52,038 bases of DNA, taken from positions 1 through 52,038 of the forward strand of contig JAFSTJ010000148.1 in NCBI GenBank assembly GCA_017450525.1, read 5' to 3'. The stretch comes from Victivallales bacterium (GTDB lineage Bacteria > Verrucomicrobiota > Lentisphaeria > Oligosphaerales > Oligosphaeraceae). The notes under the pieces are model-generated. The model ran no database searches, was not told the DNA's origin, and saw only the letters and a list, made by a program, of their open reading frames with translations. Of the stretch, positions 8,398-16,930 are shown in pieces (position 1 is the stretch's first letter; the number at the start of each line of letters is the position of its first letter). A program made the translations under genes and the position numbers.

Positions 8398-8975
8398 TGT
8401 GATTCAATCCTTTTTGGTTGGTGACTGTTGAATGCACAGGAAAATACGGGGAGCATAAGACGCCTGATACGGGGCATCCTCTGGACCACCCGTATCAGCC
8501 CGCACAAGGCACAATCGGGTGGTCTAACTAATTATGATAATAATGAAAGCAAAAACAACGGCAAAAATAGAGGCAACACGGAACGACAGCGCAAATCCTG
8601 TGCCGTTCTGCTTAACTTCGTGTGCTTTCGCCTGTGTCATATTCAATCTTTGCTCGTTTGAATGTGCGTAAATTTAGCACAGCATAAAAAAAACGCCAAT
8701 CGCCTATGCTGATTTTGTAACAGTTGCTGTAGTAGTGATGGCTTTAGCGACGGCGAGGACGCCGTCGCTACTTATACGGCAACTAGTGCGGCGAGGTGCG
8801 CTTCGCTAAAGCTGTCGCTACTATTACTTTCCCATGCGCGCGTACATTGTTTGGGATACATCCCCCACCCACCATCCGCGACTAACATAGCCCAGGAAAT
8901 AAGGGTTTGCAAGGGGGAAATCAAAGATGTCTTCATTACTACACTTTTTAGTAAATTCACTATAAAAACTAAACT

Positions 8976-9186
8976 TTTCCACCTGTACGGTTGGCGGTGG
9001 TAGCCAGCGCGTCTCGCGCTGGAAAGAACCGCTCACTCCGAATGTCGAAATTATTCGTTACTGAGATAGCTAGTGCGTCTTGAGGACGGAAAGACCTGCT
9101 TGGCAATTTGCGACAAGCAGTCCATGGCAATTGTAGTGTTTTTCCTCCAGCGCGGGACGCGCTGGCTACCTCCGTATAGGTGGAAA
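8976..9186. mobile_element. MITE-like element / long inverted-repeat structure
   Basis: The left arm tttccacctgtacgg..ggtagccagcgcgtctcgcgctgga (8976..9022) is the reverse complement of the right arm tccagcgcgggacgcgctggctacc..ccgtataggtggaaa (9146..9186). The exceptions are a few mismatches and a 7-nt insertion. AACTTT directly abuts both ends if the repeat is read as TCCACC.../...GGTGGA. Confidence 0.4.
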
Positions 9187-9455
9187 CTTTTTTAGGAAAG
9201 ACAGAACATTTTTAATGTGCTTGAATATCAATAGGTTAAGAATTTCTAACTGTTCAAAAAAAGTGCCCAAATCAAAAAAACTTGCTAGGCGACAAAGCGT
9301 TCTATTAAAATTGAAGAAGTCAATGTAGAGTATTTTTGTGTTTTATCTTCAGACTGGCGAATAATGATGATTTTATTATAATTTGGCAATGATGATTTTT
9401 GGGACAATAATGCTAGAATATTACCAATAACATAGCCAAAAGGAAAACCAGGAAA

Positions 9456-12400
9456 ATGAAGAGACGCATCGCATTGATTTTGTTTGCAGTCATATCGCTG
9501 ACTGCACTGGCGGTGGAACCAGATGTCGTGATATCCTTCAACAGAGGTATTCAGGCAGACGTGGGCGGCACGGGAAACGTAGGAACTGTGCTGGAGGGCT
9601 TCACTGACCCAATCGGCATGAAGGGAGCCATCTCCCCCATAGGCAAATTCAAGGAGGAGGCGCTTCTGGTTCCCTCGATTGAGGGAAAGGGTGTTCGCAT
9701 CGGAAAACTTGAAGATGGCAACATATACAAGATAATATACAAACCACTGCCCTCCTTGAGCAGGCTGGCTGGAACAGTGAGCGTATGGGTGCGACTGGAT
9801 GACTGGAAAGGTTCTGATGGCGAGTACCACACCTTCTTCTCCGCAGAAGGTTCAGGGCATCGCATTTTCCTGTACAAGACGCCAAGCAACGACATGGCGG
9901 TGTTCTATGGCGACCTGGCAAAAAAGACGCCTTCCACAGTCGCCAGATTTCCAGTCCGCAATTGGAAAAAGGGTGAATGGCATCACTTGTGCTTCGCATA
10001 CGATGAAAAGACACTTGAACTTCACATAGACGGCATCTCGCGGGCGCTTGTCCCCATGAATAAGTTGATGCCAGTTGACTTCAACACCATAGTCCTGGGG
10101 CAGCACTGGATGGGCAATCCTGGTGTCACAACAATTGACGACTTGCGCATATACAATGGAGTGCGCCTTAATGAGGACGCCATGAAGGCGGAATATGAAC
10201 GCCTGGCGAAGAACGGCGTCAGCGGCGCACCGCTGGAGTTCTGCGCCGCGCCACGCACGGCGCTTGCAGATGGCGAGGTGAAGGCGAACGAGTACTCCAT
10301 AAGCGGAAATGGCTTCCGCGCCACCAAGGAGAACTACTACTCATCCTTGCAAAGCACATGGAACCTTGCATACGATGAGCAGAACTTCTACTTGGGTATG
10401 ATATCGGACAAGGCCACCGCCACAACACAGTCTGGACGGGACAGCACACCTTACACGGATGACAGCGTGGAACTGTACATGACAGATATCTATGGCACGC
10501 AGCATGAATACCATTTCATCTTCAATTCAGGTACTGGCTTCTTTGATGCCAAAGACAATGACATCAACTGGAACAGCGAAGGCGTTGTGTTCAACAGCAA
10601 GACAATCGGTGGCAAATGGCACTTTGAGGCAGCGATTCCCTGGTCCAACTTTGGGGTGAAGCCAGAGGACGGTAAGGCATTGAGGCTGAATATATGCAGA
10701 ACATTTGTCGGCGCAGGTGAATTCACGCAGATTTCACCAAGCGGCAGATCATATTCTGACAAGACTCGCTTTGCACAGTTAAAACTGATGAAGAACGCAC
10801 CGCAAATAGATGTGACGGGCTTCGGGCAGCTTAATGCCGCTCAATTGGACTGTGCGCTCCACATAAAGTCTGAGGAGGATGATGTCATCTCATGGAAGAT
10901 GGAGGCCATGGACAACTACAAGCCCTTCATTTATTCCAAGGATTTGAAAGTCACCAAAGGCGTGGAATTCACGGAAAAATGTACTAGAACACTGCCAAAG
11001 GACAGATTCCTGGACATCACGGTTCTGTCGAAAAAGCATGGCATGCTATATCACAACTCCATAGACTACCACAACGCAATTGCGCTGGTGCACAGTTTCA
11101 TTTACACAGACATACCCAAGGACAAGCTGGTGTTCGTGTATAGAAACAACTCGCTTGGTTCAGGAAAGCATAAGCTGCACGCCACATTCCTGCGCAAGGA
11201 CAAAAGCGTGGAATATGAGGAAACTGTGGACATACCCGATGATTCATCGGTCACGCACGGTAAAATTGATGTGTCGAAATTGACGCCTGGCGCGGTCTAT
11301 GACGTTAAATTCCAGGTGACCGCTCCAGATGGCAAAAAGATTATCGAGGGCCAGGAGGAATACGGCTATTACAAGAATGGCGGTCCCTGGACTGGGACGC
11401 AATACGGTATTGAAAATGTTGACGCCACCCTACCCCCATGGCCTCCAGTGAAGGCACTTGGGGACAGCGTTTTCCAATGCTGGGGCCGTGAATGCACATT
11501 CGGCGGCGCGGGCATCATCTCCAGCTTCGTCAGCCAGAAGAAAGAATTGCTTACCGCACCAATTGCCCTGATCGCCAACGGCAGCCCCGTCCAATTCAAG
11601 GCAAAGTTGGACAGCGTATGCGACGCACGTGCAATCTACACCCTCAAGTCCACAGGCGCTTTGCCAATAGAGGTAAATGTCCGTGCCGAATTTGACGGAA
11701 TGATGTATTTTGAAGTGGAACTTGGCGAGGGTGACTACCAGTCACTTCAACTCAAGGTACCAATGGACAGGGAGCATACAGATGCCTTTGACGACTGCAG
11801 CAGCATCTTTGAGAAAATCAGTTTCAGGGACAATCCCAAGGCGCACTACGACATCAACTTCGTTCAGAAGCCATTCTGGTGGTGTGGCGGTGACGAGGTG
11901 GGCCTTATGGGCGGCACCCAGAGCAAGCGTGGTTGGCGCATAAAGGACAAGGCTAAGTCCATGTCAATTGACCTGGATGCAAAAACTGCCTTGCTGACGA
12001 TGAACATGATTGACACGCCAATCAAACTCAATGGGAAGAGGAAACTCACGTTCTACTTGGATGGCACGCCTGTCAAGCCAAAGAGAAAGGGCACGGAGCG
12101 AGCACGTGAAAGGCACAATCTCGTGCATGTGGCTGTCTCTGGCAAGTACTTTGGCTACGTGCAGCCAGGATACCTCGACACATTCGCCAACTGGATCAAG
12201 AACCGCTTAAGAAGCGACAATCGCGCTGACTTGGACAAGATGCAGTACTTCGCGTATGTCCCGCCAAAGGGCTCATCCGTATTTTCGCCTGGCTGGCACT
12301 ACTATGCCTCCCTGTGGACGAATCCGCCGCCGCCATTGGGCTCTTTCAGCGTAAATCCTGGAGTATTCCGTCTCCCCTTCAGTTGGACCTGGACTTGCAT

Positions 12401-13346
12401 GAACGAACCTTCCCATTTTGACATGCAGATATCATGCATCCAGACCATACTCACCCCACATGAACTAAATTTCTGCAATGCGGGATTCTATTTTGACTTG
12501 TCCTGGCCGCGAGCCTGCGGAAATACGCTGCATGGCTGCGCGTGGACAGATGAGTTCGGGGATATGCAGCAGGACAATGATTTGTACAAACTAAGGGAAT
12601 ACTACATACGCGCATACAGAATGTTGAAGAGGGCACGTCCCGATGCATATTTTTATGCGCATTTGTATATGACAAGGACTCCTGTCGATTCATTCTTTGA
12701 CCTATGCGTTGCTGGCGAGATGTATGACCGCTACCTTGCGAAGCACGGTGCATACTATGATGTACTGTATCCAGAACTCATGCGTATCGCATACGCATCC
12801 CACGTAGGCGAGCATTCCATATCCCTAATACCGCAGTTCCTGCGTGGCCTTCAAGGCTACAATCCAGAAAACATCTCCTCATACAATCCCATGAAGCCCG
12901 AATGGGACAAGCCTTTGCGGCACTTCCTGGCATATTTGCAATTGCACAAAATGTATCCTATACTAGATTTCTGGATGCAAAATGAAAAACTGCCGCCCAA
13001 AGGCGAAGGCCATGTTGACAAACTATACGATGCATTGGAGACCTTTGGCTGGGAGGATGTGAAATTCTATGGCTACTTCAAGAAGGACAAGCCAGTGGTG
13101 TGCATTCCAGAGCATCCAAGGGTGATGTCCTCAGTTTATACTAATGGAAATAAGCTATTTTTGGTGGCGTTGAATGACACTGACCAGGCGCAAAAGGTGC
13201 AGGTCAAACTGAATGCCCCGCAGTTGGCATCCTTCAGGAACCTGTCTGGCGCAGATGTGTTCAACAAGAAGAACTACAGACTTGAGAACGGAACTCTCAC
13301 CTTGGTGCTTGAGGGAAGAGATTCCGCTTTCATCCTTTTCAAGTAA
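9456..13346 (+). CDS. Large secreted LamG (concanavalin-like) + CBM9-like domain protein with uncharacterised C-terminal half; putative glycan-active enzyme
   Basis: Signal peptide MKRRIALILFAVISLTALA. LamG-type pattern: VSVWVRLDDW ... WHHLCFAYDEKTLELHIDG ... IDDLRIYNGVRL. CBM9-like pattern: DDSVELYM ... WHFEAAIPWSNFG ... ALRLNICR. The function of the C-terminal roughly 800 aa cannot be recognised by eye. Confidence 0.8.
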   Translation: MKRRIALILFAVISLTALAVEPDVVISFNRGIQADVGGTGNVGTVLEGFTDPIGMKGAISPIGKFKEEALLVPSIEGKGVRIGKLEDGNIYKIIYKPLPSLSRLAGTVSVWVRLDDWKGSDGEYHTFFSAEGSGHRIFLYKTPSNDMAVFYGDLAKKTPSTVARFPVRNWKKGEWHHLCFAYDEKTLELHIDGISRALVPMNKLMPVDFNTIVLGQHWMGNPGVTTIDDLRIYNGVRLNEDAMKAEYERLAKNGVSGAPLEFCAAPRTALADGEVKANEYSISGNGFRATKENYYSSLQSTWNLAYDEQNFYLGMISDKATATTQSGRDSTPYTDDSVELYMTDIYGTQHEYHFIFNSGTGFFDAKDNDINWNSEGVVFNSKTIGGKWHFEAAIPWSNFGVKPEDGKALRLNICRTFVGAGEFTQISPSGRSYSDKTRFAQLKLMKNAPQIDVTGFGQLNAAQLDCALHIKSEEDDVISWKMEAMDNYKPFIYSKDLKVTKGVEFTEKCTRTLPKDRFLDITVLSKKHGMLYHNSIDYHNAIALVHSFIYTDIPKDKLVFVYRNNSLGSGKHKLHATFLRKDKSVEYEETVDIPDDSSVTHGKIDVSKLTPGAVYDVKFQVTAPDGKKIIEGQEEYGYYKNGGPWTGTQYGIENVDATLPPWPPVKALGDSVFQCWGRECTFGGAGIISSFVSQKKELLTAPIALIANGSPVQFKAKLDSVCDARAIYTLKSTGALPIEVNVRAEFDGMMYFEVELGEGDYQSLQLKVPMDREHTDAFDDCSSIFEKISFRDNPKAHYDINFVQKPFWWCGGDEVGLMGGTQSKRGWRIKDKAKSMSIDLDAKTALLTMNMIDTPIKLNGKRKLTFYLDGTPVKPKRKGTERARERHNLVHVAVSGKYFGYVQPGYLDTFANWIKNRLRSDNRADLDKMQYFAYVPPKGSSVFSPGWHYYASLWTNPPPPLGSFSVNPGVFRLPFSWTWTCMNEPSHFDMQISCIQTILTPHELNFCNAGFYFDLSWPRACGNTLHGCAWTDEFGDMQQDNDLYKLREYYIRAYRMLKRARPDAYFYAHLYMTRTPVDSFFDLCVAGEMYDRYLAKHGAYYDVLYPELMRIAYASHVGEHSISLIPQFLRGLQGYNPENISSYNPMKPEWDKPLRHFLAYLQLHKMYPILDFWMQNEKLPPKGEGHVDKLYDALETFGWEDVKFYGYFKKDKPVVCIPEHPRVMSSVYTNGNKLFLVALNDTDQAQKVQVKLNAPQLASFRNLSGADVFNKKNYRLENGTLTLVLEGRDSAFILFK

Positions 13347-13356
13347 GGAGAACGCA

Positions 13357-14760
13357 ATGTTCAAGCATTTGTTTTTTGATGACACCAGGTTGCTGAAGCG
13401 CGAGAATCTGGCACGCGATTACGGGAAACCCGTTTCATGCGGCACATTTATCGATCCCAGAGTATCCTGCGGCTATGCCTGGGCATTTGCCACGCGGGGA
13501 CCTGATGGACGTTTCTATCTCTTGTATCATGGATATTTGGATGGACAGAAGAAAATAGTGCCAGCCTTGGCTGTAAGCGATGATGGCGTCTCGTTCAAAG
13601 CAGCAGAAATCCCCGAGGATGCTTTACCGAAGCAACCAGCATTGCCTAATCAATTGGACATTCCGCTGCCGAACAATTCTGAGATAGCCACTTTGTTTGA
13701 CGACCCCACGGCCCCTAAGTCAGAACGGTATAAAATACTGCTCTCTGACCATACTGATTTGTACCCGAAAAGATTCATTGATGACTATGTTCTCTCCTCG
13801 CCAGACCTGTTCCACTGGACACGTATGGCGGATAGTTGCTGGAACACCAGGGGCACTGAGCCAGTCACAGGATGTTTCCATAACCCAATCTACAAGACAA
13901 ATGTCGTCCTTACCAGACCCGACTGGGGCCAGCGGCGCTTCGCCATCACGGAGACTGTGGACTGGCACCGATACTCCCCAATGGAACTCTGTATGCAGGC
14001 GGATTCGGAGGACTTGCCGCTGGCTGAAATATATGGCATGACGGCATTGGAATTGGATGGCTGGTTCATTGGCTTCCCGCTCATATACACTGGCTTCCCA
14101 CAATCATTTGAACACAAGTTCCGTGGAGGAACTATGGGCGTGCAATTGGCTTATTCGCTGAATGGGCGGCATTGGCAGCGTTCCCTCCGAAAGTATTTTC
14201 TTGGGCCTGAACTCGATGTTGGTGATGGCCTGTGGCAAATGACCTTTCCCACATCCTACTTGAAACAGGAAGACGGCTCATGGCTGATTTATACTGGAAG
14301 CAGCCATGCGCCCCATGGCTCTACGCCTGAAGAAATCCTGGGAATGACTGCCGTTAGGATACTCCGCCTCAGAAAAGATGGCTTCATTTGCCTGAAGACG
14401 GAAAAGGCCGATGAACCCTCGCTTCTCGCATTGAGGGAGGCAGTCTGGAATGGCGGCGACTTGACGATAAATCTTGTGGCTGAGAATGCGACCTGCGCGA
14501 TTTATGACACCACTGATGGCGTTCCCACAATGGTGCGCTCTCATGAAGACTGCATCCCATTCAGTGGTGATTCCACAAATTGGACGCCACAGTGGAAAAA
14601 TGGCAATCTTGACGATTTCAAGAAGAAAACCCTTATAGTGGAAATCGCCATGACCAATGGAAAACTCTTCTCAATTGAGTACGATGCCATCCCATTGATG
14701 ACCTTGGAGGGAATACGCTATAGGGAATTGGGTATTTTGGAACAGCATCCTGGTTTCTGA
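13357..14760 (+). CDS. Hypothetical protein, possibly beta-propeller glycoside-hydrolase-like with a C-terminal beta-sandwich
   Basis: ORF 13213..14760 trimmed to ATG 13357 (MFKHLFFDD...), preceded by AAGGAG at 13345..13350. The longer form overlaps the upstream gene. Pattern RFYLLYHG ... AVSDDGVSF ... SWLIYTGSS, then LRLRKDGFICLK ... LTINL. The functional call is weak. Confidence 0.55.
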   Translation: MFKHLFFDDTRLLKRENLARDYGKPVSCGTFIDPRVSCGYAWAFATRGPDGRFYLLYHGYLDGQKKIVPALAVSDDGVSFKAAEIPEDALPKQPALPNQLDIPLPNNSEIATLFDDPTAPKSERYKILLSDHTDLYPKRFIDDYVLSSPDLFHWTRMADSCWNTRGTEPVTGCFHNPIYKTNVVLTRPDWGQRRFAITETVDWHRYSPMELCMQADSEDLPLAEIYGMTALELDGWFIGFPLIYTGFPQSFEHKFRGGTMGVQLAYSLNGRHWQRSLRKYFLGPELDVGDGLWQMTFPTSYLKQEDGSWLIYTGSSHAPHGSTPEEILGMTAVRILRLRKDGFICLKTEKADEPSLLALREAVWNGGDLTINLVAENATCAIYDTTDGVPTMVRSHEDCIPFSGDSTNWTPQWKNGNLDDFKKKTLIVEIAMTNGKLFSIEYDAIPLMTLEGIRYRELGILEQHPGF

Positions 14761-14778
14761 TTCATTGGAGGACAATAA

Positions 14779-15552
14779 ATGAAAGTCAACAATTTAGAGG
14801 CATTCCGCCGCACAATTGCGTCCGGAAAAACTGCGTATGGCATGGTAATCACCATGTTCGACCCAAGCATGACTGAACTTGCCGCTGAAAACGGCATGGA
14901 TTTCGTTTGGATAGACATGGAACATTCACCAATGGTGATCACAGATGTCCAGAACATGCTTATGGCTGTAAAGGGAACAAATTGCGCGGCGTTTGTGCGT
15001 GTGCCGTGGAGCGTTAATTATCTGTTGAAGCCGATACTTGATTTGGGGCCTGCGGGCGTAATCATCCCGATGGTCAACAATGCAGAGATTGCGAGGCAGG
15101 CTGTAAGTGCCTGCAGATATCCCGTGCACGGCGGTGAACGTGGTTTTGCGACGCGACGCCAGAATGGATACAATGCCATTTCCATTTCTGAATACGTCGC
15201 ATTGTCAGAGCATGACCCGATGGTGATTGTTCAGATAGAGCACAAGGAGGCCGTGGAGAACATTGACGATATACTTGCTGTGCCTGGCATTGACAGTGTC
15301 TGCATCGGTCCATACGATCTTTCCACTTCATACGGCAAGCCTGGCTGTTTTGACGACCCTGAAATCATCGCCGCAATAGACCACGTTCGAGAAAGGACAA
15401 AGGCAGCTGGCGTGATGCTCGGTGGCTTCTGCGGAAATCAGGATTTCTGGCAAAATCGCCCCATGGATTGGAAGGCGATCTTTGATGATGCAGGTTTCTT
15501 TGCCGCACAAATACGCAAGCAACTTGCTGAAGTCAGAAAAGATCTTCCATGA
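14779..15552 (+). CDS. HpcH/HpaI-family aldolase (2-keto-3-deoxy-sugar-acid aldolase type)
   Basis: GGAGGA RBS upstream of the ATG. Family-typical GMVITMFDPSMTELAAENGMDFVWIDMEHSP ... FVRVP ... LDLGPAGVIIPMV ... CRYPVHGGERGF ... QIEHKEAVENIDDILAVPGIDSVCIGPYDLS. Confidence 0.8.
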   Translation: MKVNNLEAFRRTIASGKTAYGMVITMFDPSMTELAAENGMDFVWIDMEHSPMVITDVQNMLMAVKGTNCAAFVRVPWSVNYLLKPILDLGPAGVIIPMVNNAEIARQAVSACRYPVHGGERGFATRRQNGYNAISISEYVALSEHDPMVIVQIEHKEAVENIDDILAVPGIDSVCIGPYDLSTSYGKPGCFDDPEIIAAIDHVRERTKAAGVMLGGFCGNQDFWQNRPMDWKAIFDDAGFFAAQIRKQLAEVRKDLP

Positions 15553-15589
15553 CAAGAATCTCTGGGAATTAGCCCGCTGCCATACAGAT

Positions 15590-16846
15590 TTACATTGTTA
15601 ACGTGGGCAGTTCTGCAAGGTATTTCCGCAGTATTTTCTGGGAGAAGCCGTTGTTTTCTATGATTTCCTTGTAGAAATATGCGCTTGACTTAGGCGTGCG
15701 CTTGAAGTTCTCGAAATCAACATCCACAAGGCCGAAGCGCGGCAGGAAGCTGCTCCACTCGTAGTTGTCCATCAGTGACCAGTACAGGTATCCGCGCAGA
15801 TCCACGCCACGCTTCAGCGCGTCATGCAAGGCGGAGAGGTACAGCACGATATAGACGATGCGGAAACGGTCGTCATTGCAGCAACAGCCGTTTTCAGTCA
15901 TATAGACGGGATAGTCCCTGAAGCGCTCTATCATGGCGGTGCATCCCTCGGGGAAGAATTCCTCAAAGTAGAATGGCTTGTTTATCAAGGGCAGGAATTT
16001 GTGGGGGAAACGCGGTGCACGCAAGTTCTTCTTGCGGGCATCCACCAATTCCCTGGTGTATAAGTTCAGCGCCCAGAAATCCACAGCGCCCTTTGCCTCG
16101 GGGCAGTCCTCGCCTTCCTCGTGCGGCGCTATGAGTTCACCTGTTCTGATGGCATGCAGAAAGGCGCCATTTGTCTGGAAATCCTTGTATGCCGCCATTG
16201 TGTTGTCCAGTTCGTCATAGTACCTGTATGGCCAGTATTGCAATGCCATGTGTGCCGAACTGACTGGCGCCTTGCTAAGCGTCTTGATGAGGCGATAGGT
16301 TTCGGCATGAAGCCTAATGAAATTCAGGCCATCTGGCAGCAGCGTGTGCGTCTTTTCGTTCAGCACCAGCCAGAAGTCCACCAGGCCATCGTAACGCTTC
16401 ACGGCTTTTTCCGCGAAGCGCATGAAATACTTGAAGTTGTCTTTTTTGCTGACGCCGCCTAGTTCCTCGAACCATTGGGGCCATGTGAAATGGGTTAGTG
16501 TGACGAATGTCTTTATGCCCAGTTTCTTGTATAGCTGAAGTTCTTGCTCGTAATGCAGGAAGGCATCCTCGTCCCAAGTACCGCAGATTGGCTCCATGCG
16601 GCTCCATTCCAGCGACATTCTGTATGCCTGGTGCCCCAGGTCATGTACCATCTGCGCATCCTGCTTGAACAGCTGGTAGTGGTTGCAGGCTTTTCCTGAT
16701 GGAACGCCATCGAAGTCAGGCTGATGTTCTTCATGCCACCGCTGCGAATTGGTGTTGTCGCCTTCTATCTGGTGACCCGCCGTGGCGCTGCCCCAAAGAA
16801 AGCCCTTTGGAAACGTGAAGTCAGGTACGTTAAATACATCATACAT
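15590..16846 (-). CDS. Glycoside hydrolase family 1 (beta-glucosidase/beta-galactosidase type)
   Basis: FLWGSATAGHQIEGDN at the N-terminus. An NE(P)-type acid/base region reads VLNEKT, and the nucleophile motif is YMTENG. AAGGAG RBS upstream of ATG 16846. Confidence 0.85.
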   Translation of the reverse strand: MYDVFNVPDFTFPKGFLWGSATAGHQIEGDNTNSQRWHEEHQPDFDGVPSGKACNHYQLFKQDAQMVHDLGHQAYRMSLEWSRMEPICGTWDEDAFLHYEQELQLYKKLGIKTFVTLTHFTWPQWFEELGGVSKKDNFKYFMRFAEKAVKRYDGLVDFWLVLNEKTHTLLPDGLNFIRLHAETYRLIKTLSKAPVSSAHMALQYWPYRYYDELDNTMAAYKDFQTNGAFLHAIRTGELIAPHEEGEDCPEAKGAVDFWALNLYTRELVDARKKNLRAPRFPHKFLPLINKPFYFEEFFPEGCTAMIERFRDYPVYMTENGCCCNDDRFRIVYIVLYLSALHDALKRGVDLRGYLYWSLMDNYEWSSFLPRFGLVDVDFENFKRTPKSSAYFYKEIIENNGFSQKILRKYLAELPTLTM

Positions 16847-16888
16847 ATTGCAAACTCCTTACACACATTGCCGCCAAAGACGCCATTT

Positions 16889-16925
16889 CCGCTAAGGCAA
16901 CCAGAGGGGGCGCCGCCTCGGCGCC
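16889..16925. repeat. REP-like element: CCGCTAAGGCAACC + GC hairpin (copy 1)
   Basis: The 14-mer ccgctaaggcaacc (16889..16902) recurs at 35204..35217. Here it is followed by ggcgcc(gcctc)ggcgcc (16909..16925). It lies between the leuA stop and the GH1 start. Confidence 0.6.
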
Positions 16926-16930
16926 ACACT

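Noticed and set aside
8428-8661. 77-aa plus-strand ORF in the leader region of the ligase gene
   Set aside because: It has a non-ATG start, an odd composition, and overlaps the hairpin-rich leader on the opposite strand. The minus-strand 38-codon mini-ORF and RNA structures explain the region better, and even those are low confidence.
9285-9830. 181-aa minus-strand ORF spanning the promoter and 5' end of the 1296-aa gene
   Set aside because: It overlaps the signal-peptide-encoding start of a well-supported plus-strand gene and runs through AT-rich promoter DNA. It has no motifs.
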